DNA from: a virus
IMG/VR virus record: IMGVR_UViG_3300025000_000090
Coordinates: 3,120 to 67,119 of that record
DNA: 64,000 bases
Reading direction: 5' to 3' (one strand)
A program made the position numbers and the translations under genes. This document shows, piece by piece, positions 10,655 to 21,024 of the stretch. Every line of letters starts with the position of its first letter. Position 1 is the first letter of the stretch. Below the pieces are notes generated by a model that worked only from the letters and a program-made list of their open reading frames with translations, was not told where the DNA came from and did not search any database.

Positions 10655-11050
10655 ATGGAACAACACATCTCAAGCGAAAGTTTGCAACTCATAGCTAACC
10701 TTATCAAGGACAAGAATGCTGATTTAAAAGAACACTTTGATGTTCAGTTAAGGATGATAAAAACAACTGTACAAGAAAATCATAATCTGGCAATAGAGAC
10801 AAGGGATTTACAAAAGATAACAAATGGTAGAGTGAATATGCTTGAGAATGAAATGTATGGTTTTGTAGATAAAAATAATAGTAGGATTAAGGGGAGGGAA
10901 GGGTTGTTGTTTAAAATTAATGAAGTTGAAAAATGGAAATGGGTATATAAAAATTGGAAAGTTCCATTGGCTATATTTCTATTTACTACAGCAATATATG
11001 TAAAAGAATCAAGAGATTTTATGATTAAATTAATGGATAAAATATTTTAA
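10655..11050 (+). CDS. Small coiled-coil membrane protein (possibly holin-like)
   Basis: 'ITNGRV..LE' coiled coil and one C-terminal hydrophobic helix (VPLAIFLFTTAIYV). Confidence 0.45.
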   Translation: MEQHISSESLQLIANLIKDKNADLKEHFDVQLRMIKTTVQENHNLAIETRDLQKITNGRVNMLENEMYGFVDKNNSRIKGREGLLFKINEVEKWKWVYKNWKVPLAIFLFTTAIYVKESRDFMIKLMDKIF

Positions 11051-11051
11051 T

Positions 11052-11621
11052 ATGAGTTTAATTTTATTGAATGAACAAACTAATGACGGAAAAATTCTAT
11101 ATTTAACAGATGCATCAACTTGGAATGATGGAACAATACCAGCATTTGCTACATTTCAAGCAACTATGGTAAGCGCAAATATCACAATTAAATATAAAAC
11201 TCCAACAAATACAAGTTGGTCTTCCATATATACATATGACATATCCAGTATAATAACAGCAGCAACTACTGTTGCAGATTTGATATATCCAATTACATCT
11301 GTTCAGATTGGATTAGGTTCAAATTTAGCATTGCCAGATGGAATATATTCAATAGGATATAATCTTACCGACAATGTAACTACTTACAGTTTTGCTTCAG
11401 AATTGGAATTATTGCTCTCTAATATAATAAAAGCAATTGTTTATAAACAAGTTGGTGCAATAGCTTACAAATATTATTGTGCAAACAATTACTACACAAA
11501 ACCAATAGATGATGTATTATTAATAAAGAGTTTATATGATTCAATGATTGCAAGTGCATATGTTGCAAAGCAGCCCGAGATATTAAATATATTAGAAGTT
11601 TTACAAAGACAAACAGCTTAA
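11052..11621 (+). CDS. Tail hub-like structural protein
   Basis: Ig-like region with 'LPDGIYSIGY' then a helical C-terminus, located just before the fibre genes. Confidence 0.55.
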   Translation: MSLILLNEQTNDGKILYLTDASTWNDGTIPAFATFQATMVSANITIKYKTPTNTSWSSIYTYDISSIITAATTVADLIYPITSVQIGLGSNLALPDGIYSIGYNLTDNVTTYSFASELELLLSNIIKAIVYKQVGAIAYKYYCANNYYTKPIDDVLLIKSLYDSMIASAYVAKQPEILNILEVLQRQTA

Positions 11622-11622
11622 T

Positions 11623-13497
11623 ATGTCAATGGAATTAGGAAATAGTGGAAGCATACAGATAGGGCTAAGTCCATCTATTGTAATTCCATCATCAGAAGTC
11701 CCAGAACAAGTTTTAAGAACTGATGAAAAAATTCAGTTACTACAGACAAATCCAAGTACAGGAACTACTTTTACTGTTATGGCGAATAGTGGAGATACTG
11801 TTCCTGGATATTTGGATACAAAAATTGACACCTCTCAATTTAGTATTGTTGCAAACAGAATAACACTTATTGGATTTGATGGGTTAACTACTGATGATTT
11901 AACAGTAGGTAGTGCTAACTTATATTACACTCAAGCATTATTCAATGCTTCCTTTTCTAGTAAAACTACAACAAATCTACCAGAAGGAACTAATTTGTAT
12001 TATACTGATGTTAGGGTTGCTGCTAATTCGGCGGTTGCATTAAATACTGCAAAAGTAACCAATGCTACACACACTGGAGACGTGACTGGAGCAACAACAT
12101 TAACTATTGGTGCTGATAAAGTTTTAAATACACACATAAATTGGGGGGTTGGAGATACACAGGTAAGTACAGCGGATATCCCAGAACTTACTAATCTTTA
12201 TTATACTGATGCTAGGGTCAATTCAAATATAAATGTAGCTGCAAATACAGCGGCAAGGCATACGCATGCAAATATTACTTATTTAAATGAATTAGCTAAT
12301 AGTGGTGCGCAAATATCAAATGCTGTTACATTAGCACATACACATACAGCTCCTGGAACATTATCCATATTAGATGCCATAGAGGTGGCTTTTACAACTG
12401 AAATGTACAATAAATATGAAGCTTATACTTCTGGTATGGTTACATCAGCAGTTTCTCCAATTGATCTTACTTTGGGTGTACTGTCTCATATAAGCACAGA
12501 TGGCAATAAGCATGTTCCTGCTACCTCAACAACAAATAATAATAAAATACTTACAGCCGGAGCTAGTGCTGGAGTATTTTCATGGACAACTTTTGATACT
12601 GTAGCTGCTACCTCTGGTATATTTGAAACATCACCTAGCACATCTATAGTAAAAACGCTTACTTCAAATTATATCAAGGATCATGTTGAAAATACTTTAA
12701 CCGCAAAACATGTTACTTCTGCTGATTTAACTTATATTGGGACAACAATTCCTACACATATTGCAGATGCATTAATTCATTTACCAGCAATAGTTTCAAC
12801 AACTGATCAGGGTAAATTTTTATGGGTTAATTCATCAGATTCACCAGAATGGACTGATACGTCTACAGTTGTAATTCTTGCTGGAGAAACTTATATAACT
12901 GGTTCTGGGACTAATACATTAACATTGACTAAACTTGATTTAGCACAAACAAATATAACTGCTGGAACTAATATAACATTTTCAACTAACGCCATTAATG
13001 CCATACAAAGACCAATAGAAGATACTCCTACGTCTGGTAATAATCTAATAAGTATAAGTTCAGATTGGGCCTATAATCATGAAATAACATATGGTACTGG
13101 ATCGCACATTCCAACTGGAGGAACTTCTGCTCAATACATAGCTGGAGACGGTACAATTGCAGATTTTAGTACAGCCCCAGGTGGTATTTATAAAGTAAGT
13201 CTAATTACCGGAGGTCCAACTGGATCTATAACAGCAAGGTTAGTTGGAGCTACATTTCCATCAGGATGGTCGGGGGCACAAGCCACAATAACTACGGACT
13301 TAGAAATAACACATACTACCACAAAACCAGTAATTGAAGTAATTATATATGCTGAAGATAGTGCTGGAATATTAACAAAATTAATTGGAACAGCCGCATA
13401 TACAACAATTGTTGGTAATGCTGCAAATACAGTAATAACAATACAATCTTTAGCTACTATAGCTCAAACTATACACATATATTTTCAATTTGAGTAA
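11623..13497 (+). CDS. Tail fibre protein
   Basis: 624 aa, Thr/Ala-rich, with three 'TTxxLxxGTNLYYT' repeats and HTH/HVP motifs typical of trimeric fibres. Confidence 0.75.
   Translation: MSMELGNSGSIQIGLSPSIVIPSSEVPEQVLRTDEKIQLLQTNPSTGTTFTVMANSGDTVPGYLDTKIDTSQFSIVANRITLIGFDGLTTDDLTVGSANLYYTQALFNASFSSKTTTNLPEGTNLYYTDVRVAANSAVALNTAKVTNATHTGDVTGATTLTIGADKVLNTHINWGVGDTQVSTADIPELTNLYYTDARVNSNINVAANTAARHTHANITYLNELANSGAQISNAVTLAHTHTAPGTLSILDAIEVAFTTEMYNKYEAYTSGMVTSAVSPIDLTLGVLSHISTDGNKHVPATSTTNNNKILTAGASAGVFSWTTFDTVAATSGIFETSPSTSIVKTLTSNYIKDHVENTLTAKHVTSADLTYIGTTIPTHIADALIHLPAIVSTTDQGKFLWVNSSDSPEWTDTSTVVILAGETYITGSGTNTLTLTKLDLAQTNITAGTNITFSTNAINAIQRPIEDTPTSGNNLISISSDWAYNHEITYGTGSHIPTGGTSAQYIAGDGTIADFSTAPGGIYKVSLITGGPTGSITARLVGATFPSGWSGAQATITTDLEITHTTTKPVIEVIIYAEDSAGILTKLIGTAAYTTIVGNAANTVITIQSLATIAQTIHIYFQFE
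11887..12255 (+). repeat. Three imperfect NLYYT protein repeats
   Basis: TTDDLTVGSANLYYT, TTTNLPEGTNLYYTDVRV and STADIPELTNLYYTDARV. Confidence 0.7.
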
Positions 13498-16400
13498 TGA
13501 GTAATTATTTTCCAACAATAGCATGGGGTACAATATGTAGAAATGTTTTACCTGAATATATAACTGGAACATTTCAACTTAATTCATTTACAGTTGATGT
13601 GTATCCAATAGATTCAAATGAACCTGGGGCAGGATCATTAGATTGTGCTGTAAATGACTATGTGTTGGATTATCTTGGATTTCCTTATATAATTACCGCA
13701 ATAAGTACAATTTCTGAAGGAAAGAGACTTGTTGTTTATGATATAAATGAAAGAAGTATTTCTGAAATGGTTATATATGGTCCATATTCAAATAGAATTG
13801 GATATGTATATAGACCAATTAATGGTGCAGTTATACTTTCACAATCACAATTATTAAAACTTGATACTCAGGCTAGAGATAGGATTAATAACTTTGAAAA
13901 AGGTGTTATATGGGAAAATAGGGGAATTGCTTTATATGATGGAACTAAATATAACAATATAACATTAGTAGAACTTGGCAATAATTTAGCAACAACATCA
14001 TCATTAGAAGTGCCTTGGAATGGTGGATTGGCTTATATATTAGGAGTTAATGTGGCTGGCACTGATAATGGATTCTTAATTAAAGGATCTAATGGAGAGA
14101 TAGTTAATTCAGGATATCAATTCTCAACATTAAACACATTAGCAGATGCTTCCGATACTTTAATATCATCAACATTAGCCATAAAGACCTATATAGATGC
14201 AATGGCCTCTGGTGGCAACTTTTTGGATGCCGCTATAAGGATGGTTATTGATAATACATTTGATCCTGGAGCATCACCAACAACTGGTGATAGATATATA
14301 CTGGAAACATTAACTATACATGCTAATTTTGGGACTATAGCTGGAGTTGGATTACACGATATAGTCGAATACTCTGGGTCTGCATTTGTTGTTATATTTG
14401 ACGCATCAGCAGCAACTACTCCAGCTACCGTAACAGTTGGCACTGATAAAAACTTAGCAACCAATCATCAATGGACTTATAATACAACTGATGACGTTTG
14501 GGTTGATAGGGGCGCTATTGGTAATCACAATGACTTATCATTAATAGATGGTGGAACTACTGGCCAATATTTCCATTTAACATCAGCACAACATACTGAT
14601 TTAACAGATGCTGGAGATTCTATCTTGCATTATCATGCATCAGATAGAGATAGAGCGAATCACACTGGCAGTCAATTATATACAACTATAACTGATTTTA
14701 TCGAAACCGTTCAAGATACAGTTGCATCTCAAATTCAGAATGATTCACTTAGTAATATGACTTGGAGTTATAATGATACAACCGGATTGCTGACTCCAAC
14801 TATATCCGTTTCTGGAATAAATTATTGGTCAAAATCTGGTAGTAATCTGACTTATTCCACTGGTAAGATATTAATTGGGGCATCTGTTGACAATGGATAT
14901 ACATTAGACGTAACCGGAACTGGTAAATTTACATCATCCGTAACTGGCGTTACAGAATCATTGTCTAATAATTCGACAAAATTAGCATCAACAGCTTATG
15001 TTAAAGGTCAAAATTATATAACATTAGCGTCATTAAGCTCAATAGCTACTGGCTTATCTTATTCTAATACTACAGGTATATTTTCCATAACGAGCGGGTA
15101 TGTTATTCCGACAACAACGGAACAGACTCAATGGGATACCGCTTACACCCACAGCCTAAATAACAATCAGGCACATAGTGATTATCTGAAAAATAATGCT
15201 GATGATACAACTAGCGGTATTTTAACTGCTTCTCAATTTATAACACCTAATAGTACTACAATTGGTGGTATATTATTAAAAGATAGTTTAGATAGAACTG
15301 GTTTGTTAGAAATAAACCGTAAAGGAACTACTACTTGGAGTGGGATTCAAGTAAAATATAGTGTTACTGCTTTATGGTCATTCATGGGTACTGAAACCCA
15401 ATATGGATTGTATGATGATGTTAATGCTAAATGGTCAATTCTATCTACAAAAAATGCACAAACATCATTATATTATAATGGGGGAGTTAAACTTAATACA
15501 ACCAATACTGGAATTGCTATTACAGGTCAATTAACATCTGATGGCACCGGCAACAATTCTTTTATGGGCAATGTTGGTATAGGAATTACTACACCATTAA
15601 ATCCCGTTCATATAGAAAAATCTGATGGAACTCCACAACTAAGGCTTTCTATGGATGGATCCCATTATTCAACTTTTTACACTAACTCTGCTGGTGGTAC
15701 TATTATCAATACAGTTGGTGGTGGTAGTGGTTACATAATATTCGACATTGATTCATCTGAAAAAATGCGAATATTAAGTAATGGAAATATTGGTATTGGG
15801 ATAAATGCTCCTATATCAAAAATACACATATATGAAAGTACCACATCTACAGGAATTGCAACTGGATTAACTATTGAACAATCCTCAACTGGTGATGCTC
15901 AATTACAATATTTATTAACAGAAGGACAAAGGTGGGTGACTGGGATTGATAACAGCGATTCTGATTCATTTAAAATAGGAAGGGGTGTAGATTGGGCAAC
16001 AGGTGTTGATATTAAAATATCTACTGCTGGTGCAATAACATTAGGTTCTCTTGCTGGATATATAAAAGGAACTGCTGGGGCGTTAAGTGCATCTACAACA
16101 ATACCAGAAACTGATTTATCATTTACAGATGTAACTACAAACAATTCTAGTACAACTAAGCACGGGTTTTTGCCAAAATTAACCGGAGTTACAACAGTAT
16201 ATTTAAATGGTAATGGATCGTGGACTACTCCACCAGATACTACCGTGGCTTATGGAGCCGACAATCAAATACCATTTATAAATACAACAAATAATGGATT
16301 TGAATATTCATCGGTACTTACATGGGATTCATATAGATTATCTGCTGCTTATGGAGACAATTTATATGTAGGAAGTTCAACTACAGGATCCACGTCTGCA

Positions 16401-17270
16401 ACTTCAATTAGGAATGTAGCATTGGGAGTTGGAGCTGGAGTATCCTTATCTGGTGGAGACAATAACTCATTAATTGGATGGAGCGCTGGTGCTACAATAA
16501 ACACTGGCTCAAGTAATATAGCGATAGGTGGCTCATCTGCCGCAAACTTATCAAGCGGAACATATAATACGATTATTGGAGCAAATAGCACAGGACAGGG
16601 CGTGAATGGGAATTACAATATCGCAATAGGAAGTTCCGCCCTTGTGTATTCCAGTACAAATACATATTCAAATAATATAGCAATAGGGCAGCTCTCTGGT
16701 GGGCTGAACACTGGAGATTCAAATATATTTCTTGGTAATTACTCCGGAAGGTATGAAACTGGCGCAACGACATCATTATATATTGATAATTTAGATAGGA
16801 CAACTGAGGCATTAGGCAAAACTAATAGTTTAATATATGGAACGTTTAATTCAACGCCGTCATCCCAACTACTTAGATTTAACTCCAAAGTCGAGACTCC
16901 ACAGTTGTCTTCTGGATATAAATCTCAGCAAATAAGAAGAGATTCTTCATCTAAAGAACTATATTATATAGATGATGCTTATTCGGCATTAACAACCAAT
17001 TCAAGCGTCTCTTGGGATGCGAGTACTGGATTAAATAAAACGTGGTCAATAAATGGGAATTATTCACTTACATTAACTAACTTTGCAAGTGGAATGTTTG
17101 GAGTAGTTGTAGTTACTGTTACAAGTACAGCGACAATAACTATTGTTGGAAGTGGTGTTACTTTTAAAGGTAATGGAAGTTTGGTCTCACTAGCTGCTGG
17201 TGAATACAACTTGGCGTGGAATTGTATAAGTGCTACTAGAATTGATTGGAATATTGCTTTATATGTTTAA
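13497..17270 (+). CDS. Long mosaic tail fibre protein
   Basis: 1257 aa with a DUF2793-like 'PTTGDRYI' segment, 'DRANHTG', two 'GN.GIG..P' units and N-x-A-x-G repeats near the C-terminus. Confidence 0.8.
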   Translation: MSNYFPTIAWGTICRNVLPEYITGTFQLNSFTVDVYPIDSNEPGAGSLDCAVNDYVLDYLGFPYIITAISTISEGKRLVVYDINERSISEMVIYGPYSNRIGYVYRPINGAVILSQSQLLKLDTQARDRINNFEKGVIWENRGIALYDGTKYNNITLVELGNNLATTSSLEVPWNGGLAYILGVNVAGTDNGFLIKGSNGEIVNSGYQFSTLNTLADASDTLISSTLAIKTYIDAMASGGNFLDAAIRMVIDNTFDPGASPTTGDRYILETLTIHANFGTIAGVGLHDIVEYSGSAFVVIFDASAATTPATVTVGTDKNLATNHQWTYNTTDDVWVDRGAIGNHNDLSLIDGGTTGQYFHLTSAQHTDLTDAGDSILHYHASDRDRANHTGSQLYTTITDFIETVQDTVASQIQNDSLSNMTWSYNDTTGLLTPTISVSGINYWSKSGSNLTYSTGKILIGASVDNGYTLDVTGTGKFTSSVTGVTESLSNNSTKLASTAYVKGQNYITLASLSSIATGLSYSNTTGIFSITSGYVIPTTTEQTQWDTAYTHSLNNNQAHSDYLKNNADDTTSGILTASQFITPNSTTIGGILLKDSLDRTGLLEINRKGTTTWSGIQVKYSVTALWSFMGTETQYGLYDDVNAKWSILSTKNAQTSLYYNGGVKLNTTNTGIAITGQLTSDGTGNNSFMGNVGIGITTPLNPVHIEKSDGTPQLRLSMDGSHYSTFYTNSAGGTIINTVGGGSGYIIFDIDSSEKMRILSNGNIGIGINAPISKIHIYESTTSTGIATGLTIEQSSTGDAQLQYLLTEGQRWVTGIDNSDSDSFKIGRGVDWATGVDIKISTAGAITLGSLAGYIKGTAGALSASTTIPETDLSFTDVTTNNSSTTKHGFLPKLTGVTTVYLNGNGSWTTPPDTTVAYGADNQIPFINTTNNGFEYSSVLTWDSYRLSAAYGDNLYVGSSTTGSTSATSIRNVALGVGAGVSLSGGDNNSLIGWSAGATINTGSSNIAIGGSSAANLSSGTYNTIIGANSTGQGVNGNYNIAIGSSALVYSSTNTYSNNIAIGQLSGGLNTGDSNIFLGNYSGRYETGATTSLYIDNLDRTTEALGKTNSLIYGTFNSTPSSQLLRFNSKVETPQLSSGYKSQQIRRDSSSKELYYIDDAYSALTTNSSVSWDASTGLNKTWSINGNYSLTLTNFASGMFGVVVVTVTSTATITIVGSGVTFKGNGSLVSLAAGEYNLAWNCISATRIDWNIALYV

Positions 17271-17272
17271 TT

Positions 17273-17938
17273 ATGGATAATAGAAAGATATTTTTTGCAC
17301 AAAATATAATGAATCCATCTATAACTGGTGGATATGGAAGACTATATAATTGGTATGCTATTTCAAATCCTTTATTTGCACCTATAAATTGGAAAGTTCC
17401 ATCAATTGCAGATTTCCAAACTTTATCAACGTATTTGGGTGGAAATTCTATCTCTGGAGGACATTTAAAAGAATCAGGATTGATTCATTGGAATACGCCT
17501 AATTTTGGTGCAGATAATTCAAGTGGATTTACAAGTATAGGAGCTGGAAGTAGGGATTCTTCTGGAGCATTTGTTAACTTGAAAATACAAAATGCATTGG
17601 GTGTAAAGGAAGAATATACTTCTACAACCTATCAGGCCATGACTACATCTTATCTAAATGGTTCTGTTGGTGGTTTTATTGGAGGGTTTTCCAAAAGAGT
17701 TGGTACTTCCATTAGATTAATTTACGATGTGCCAGGAATTCCAGCACCAATAATTGATGAAGATGGATATATTTATGATGTAGTCTTAATTGGTACTCAA
17801 TATTGGACTGTTCAAAATTGGAAATGTACTAAATTAAATGACGGAACTCCATTGACAAACGTAACAGATGTTGGCATATGGGGGGGGTTAACAAGTGAAG
17901 GTTATTGTGCTTATGATAACTTAGAATCAAACGTATAA
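17273..17938 (+). CDS. FISUMP (Fib_succ_major) domain protein, circularly permuted
   Basis: YGRLYNWYA, P..WKVPS, LGG..GGHLKE, HW..PN.GADNSSGF and SIRL come first. D.DG..Y..V.IGTQYW..QNW and YCAY come last. The start is set at 17273, just after the upstream stop. Confidence 0.85.
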   Translation: MDNRKIFFAQNIMNPSITGGYGRLYNWYAISNPLFAPINWKVPSIADFQTLSTYLGGNSISGGHLKESGLIHWNTPNFGADNSSGFTSIGAGSRDSSGAFVNLKIQNALGVKEEYTSTTYQAMTTSYLNGSVGGFIGGFSKRVGTSIRLIYDVPGIPAPIIDEDGYIYDVVLIGTQYWTVQNWKCTKLNDGTPLTNVTDVGIWGGLTSEGYCAYDNLESNV

Positions 17939-17944
17939 CAACTT

Positions 17945-17991
17945 TATATATAAAAAATAATTGTATGGTATTTCTTTTATAAATACATTTG
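17945..17991 (+). promoter_or_regulatory. Bacteroidota-type promoter with an imperfect inverted repeat
   Basis: TTG(17961)-N20-TACATTTG(17984), inside a 12/15 inverted repeat with a 9-nt loop. Confidence 0.55.
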
Positions 17992-18019
17992 TCTTTTATT
18001 AATTTTAAAACATAAAACA

Positions 18020-18196
18020 ATGGCAAAAGAAGAAAAAGTAGAAGTTAAAGAATTGACATTCCAAGAAAAACTGGAAAAGCAAATTCAAGGTTTAGAAAAG
18101 GAACTAAAACAAACTGAACTTCATTATAATCAGATTGTTGGAGCTTTAAACACGACCAAAGGTATGCTAGAAGAGTATAAAAAACATAAAGAATGA
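18020..18196 (+). CDS. 58-aa coiled-coil protein (not in ORF track)
   Basis: MAKEEKVEVKELTFQEKLEKQIQGLEKELKQTELHYNQIVGALNTTKGMLEEYKKHKE, with an A-rich leader and an ATGA overlap with the next gene. Confidence 0.75.
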   Translation: MAKEEKVEVKELTFQEKLEKQIQGLEKELKQTELHYNQIVGALNTTKGMLEEYKKHKE

Positions 18197-18501
18197 GTAC
18201 ACAACTTGTAACAAGACAACAATTTGAATATAGTGTAGTTGCTACTTTTAGTGATTATGCTAATGTTATTGCAAATAGACTTATGCTTACGGAAGTTTCT
18301 GAACAGGAACTCCGTAAGTTTAAAACTATTAATATATGTCAATTAGCCATTACTGATTATTTTAGTAGATATGTTGGAGAAGTACCACCTACAGATGATG
18401 ATAATGGATTAACAAAAGATGAAATAGAAAATATGGTACAGCTTTATAATACATTGGCTGATACTAATTTCTGGTATGAATTCCCAGAAGATGAAATTTG
18501 A
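18193..18501 (+). CDS. Small helical structural protein (tail hub B-like)
   Basis: 102 aa with an 'NGLTKDEI' motif. The call rests on size and position. Confidence 0.4.
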   Translation: MSTQLVTRQQFEYSVVATFSDYANVIANRLMLTEVSEQELRKFKTINICQLAITDYFSRYVGEVPPTDDDNGLTKDEIENMVQLYNTLADTNFWYEFPEDEI

Positions 18502-18506
18502 ATGTT

Positions 18507-18731
18507 ATGAAAAAGTTCTTTAAAAAAACTAATTAGTGGTAGCGATGAAGTTTAATCAAAAAGATTCTTTGGTGCACTGATATTTTTGTCTGCAATAGAA
18601 ATAAGTCATATTACAATTCTTGGTAAATATGAAAATTTGTATTAAACAAACTTGAATTAATTAATTCAATGCATTTAGCTGGTTCATTTTTACTTAGAAT
18701 TTCTTTAGTCGAACTATTTAAACCAAAATAA
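18507..18731 (+). pseudogene. Degraded holin-like gene
   Basis: Reconstructs as MKKFFKKLISGSDEV*SKRFFGALIFLSAI...LAGSFLLRISLVELFKPK. It has a frameshift in an A7 run, an in-frame TAA at 18553 and further lesions. It ends one base before the endolysin ATG. Confidence 0.7.
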
Positions 18732-18732
18732 A

Positions 18733-19254
18733 ATGGCTGATATTAATTTGTTAATACCAAAAATACTTTTAGCAGAAGGTGACTATAATGAAGTCAAGAA
18801 TGATCTTGGTGGTACTACCAATAAAGGTATCACAATAGCTACGTGGAAGGCTAATGGTTGGGATAAAGATTATGATGATGATGTTGATAAAGAGGATCTT
18901 AAACTCATTACAATAGATGATTTTAAAATTATATTTAGAAAGTTCTATTGGGATAAGTTTAAAGCAGATGAAATAATTGATCAATCAGTAGCAGAGATAT
19001 TAGTTGATTGGATATACAATTCGGGCCCTGTAGCAATTCATAAATTGCAAATTATAGTTGGCGTTACCGAAGATGGAGTTGTTGGCCCAAACACACTTAA
19101 AATGATTAATAATACAAATCCAAAGATATTATTTGATAGGATATGGGCAACTAGATATAAATTCTATCATACAATAGTTGAAAAAAATCCAACTCAAGAG
19201 AAGTTCTTAAAGGGCTGGTTAAAAAGACTTGGTGAAATACGATTTAAAAAATGA
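18733..19254 (+). CDS. Endolysin, GH108 lysozyme with C-terminal peptidoglycan-binding domain
   Basis: 'EG.Y....D.GG.TNKGIT', 'YWD', 'DGVVGPNT' and 'KFLKGWLKR'. Confidence 0.92.
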   Translation: MADINLLIPKILLAEGDYNEVKNDLGGTTNKGITIATWKANGWDKDYDDDVDKEDLKLITIDDFKIIFRKFYWDKFKADEIIDQSVAEILVDWIYNSGPVAIHKLQIIVGVTEDGVVGPNTLKMINNTNPKILFDRIWATRYKFYHTIVEKNPTQEKFLKGWLKRLGEIRFKK

Positions 19255-19781
19255 AAATTACAAAAAGAATTATTTACATTCTATCAATTATTTTATTAGG
19301 ATTTCTATTATGGATGAAGCCTAATGGTGGAATTATAATAGAGAAGATTCCTGGAGACACTGTTTATACAACAGTAACAATTGATTCTTTGATACCATAT
19401 GATACAACAATATACGATACTGATACACTATGGCTTCCGGGTGACACTGTAGGTATCCATGATACTGTATTTATATATAATGATTACTTTAAAATGTATA
19501 ATTACAAAGTAGATACAACCATTTCCGAAGTAAACATAATGGCAAATTCACAAATAACACAAAATAGATTATATAAACAAACTTTTGATATAAAGAATAA
19601 CAGGCAAACTACTATTGTAAATGTACCAAGGAATCAATTTGGCGTAGGTGGAGTAATTGGACTTAATCTCGCTGCTCCAGTATTAACTTATCAATTCAAG
19701 AATAATGAAGTTGGTTTAGGTTATAACTTTGTAAATAAAGGACTTGTATTACAATATCAATATAAATTTAGTATAAAATGA
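19251..19781 (+). CDS. Membrane-anchored lysis-associated protein (spanin-like)
   Basis: N-terminal TM helix, DT repeats, and C-terminal beta strands ending YQYKF. Overlaps the endolysin stop. Confidence 0.55.
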   Translation: MKITKRIIYILSIILLGFLLWMKPNGGIIIEKIPGDTVYTTVTIDSLIPYDTTIYDTDTLWLPGDTVGIHDTVFIYNDYFKMYNYKVDTTISEVNIMANSQITQNRLYKQTFDIKNNRQTTIVNVPRNQFGVGGVIGLNLAAPVLTYQFKNNEVGLGYNFVNKGLVLQYQYKFSIK

Positions 19782-20482
19782 TTACATTTAATGAGTTGTC
19801 TTACAGAATATTCAACACTATTAAACCAAAAATTTCGGATGACGAGTCTATAGACATCTTAGATATCCAATATGATATTGAGAATACTAGAGCTATGCTA
19901 ATTAAACAAAGATATAGCAATAAATTTAAGACTTCAATATCTGAGTCATTAATTCAACATATCCCAAAGCTAGAAATAGAAAATGTCAATGCATCTAATT
20001 TGTATCCAGACATCCCATCTGATAAGGTTTTAATGAAGACTAAGCTGAAGGTTCCAAATATGATTGAGAAAACATCAGGAGTGCCTTTAATTCAAAGGAT
20101 AAGTTCTTCTACCATACTTAGTAAGAATTTTACATTTGTAACTCCACAACAGGCTATATATAGTGGTAATGGTAAATTTAATCAGAATAATATCTTCTGT
20201 TTTATTGAAGATGGATATATTTACTTAATTACAAAAAGGTTGATTAATAAGGGAATTAAGTATATGGATTTATATGCAGTATTTGCAAGACCAACTCAAG
20301 TATTTACTTTCTTAAATACAAATAATGGTACAGCTCTTGATAACAATAGTCCATATCCACTTAATCAGGATATAGAGATGGAACTTTCGAGTATTATAAT
20401 TAAAGAGAGAATTGGCATTGAGTCAAAGCAACCCATTGATGATGTTAATGATTCTAGTGATACTCCTAAACAATTAAAATAA
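19778..20482 (+). CDS. Tail ring protein (R2-like)
   Basis: 'ISDDE', 'RAMLIKQ', 'DGYIY', 'VFARP', 'YPL' and 'P.D..ND..D'. Confidence 0.7.
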   Translation: MITFNELSYRIFNTIKPKISDDESIDILDIQYDIENTRAMLIKQRYSNKFKTSISESLIQHIPKLEIENVNASNLYPDIPSDKVLMKTKLKVPNMIEKTSGVPLIQRISSSTILSKNFTFVTPQQAIYSGNGKFNQNNIFCFIEDGYIYLITKRLINKGIKYMDLYAVFARPTQVFTFLNTNNGTALDNNSPYPLNQDIEMELSSIIIKERIGIESKQPIDDVNDSSDTPKQLK

Positions 20483-21009
20483 TGGCATACAAAAGAGGAG
20501 TTGGTAAGAATAATTCAGATTTTGGTATTAAGGATTTATATAAAGAATATAAGTCCACGTCAAAGAATCCAATTGATTTTAAAACCTATTCAATATTTTT
20601 AAAAGAATATAATGATAGGATAATAAATGGGATTATATATGAGAATATTGAATATAAGGCTCCTTACAGACTTGGTTATTTTAGGATTCAAAGGAGGAGA
20701 TTGACTCCTTTTGTTATTAATGGTGAAATAAAAAAGAGCCATATATTACCTGATTGGAAAAAAACTCTTGATTATTGGCATAAACAATATCCAGGGAAAA
20801 CTGATGAAGAATTAAAACTTATTAAGGATAAAAAGATACTTGTATATTTAAATGAACATACAAATGGTTATAGTGTAAGATTTCTTTGGGATAAAAGCAC
20901 ATCTAACATTAAAAATCAAAATGTTTATATATTTAAGATAACAAGGACTGCTAAAGAAAATATAGCCAAATTCATTAAGAAGAATGGAATAATTGAATAC
21001 TTTGATTAA
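20482..21009 (+). CDS. IHF/HU-like DNA-binding protein of crAss-like phages
   Basis: Basic protein with 'PYRLGYFRI', 'DWKKT', 'NEHTNGY...F.W' and 'Y.FK..R..K'. Confidence 0.75.
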   Translation: MAYKRGVGKNNSDFGIKDLYKEYKSTSKNPIDFKTYSIFLKEYNDRIINGIIYENIEYKAPYRLGYFRIQRRRLTPFVINGEIKKSHILPDWKKTLDYWHKQYPGKTDEELKLIKDKKILVYLNEHTNGYSVRFLWDKSTSNIKNQNVYIFKITRTAKENIAKFIKKNGIIEYFD

Positions 21010-21024
21010 ATAAAAAAATATAAT

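Noticed and set aside
17246-17272. ORF-track start MEYCFICLI for the FISUMP gene
   Set aside because: It overlaps the fibre gene's 3' end. ATG 17273, two bases after the upstream stop, fits the operon pattern better.
17273-17938. Diversity-generating retroelement targeting the FISUMP gene
   Set aside because: No reverse transcriptase and no template repeat were seen in this window. One could lie elsewhere in the genome.
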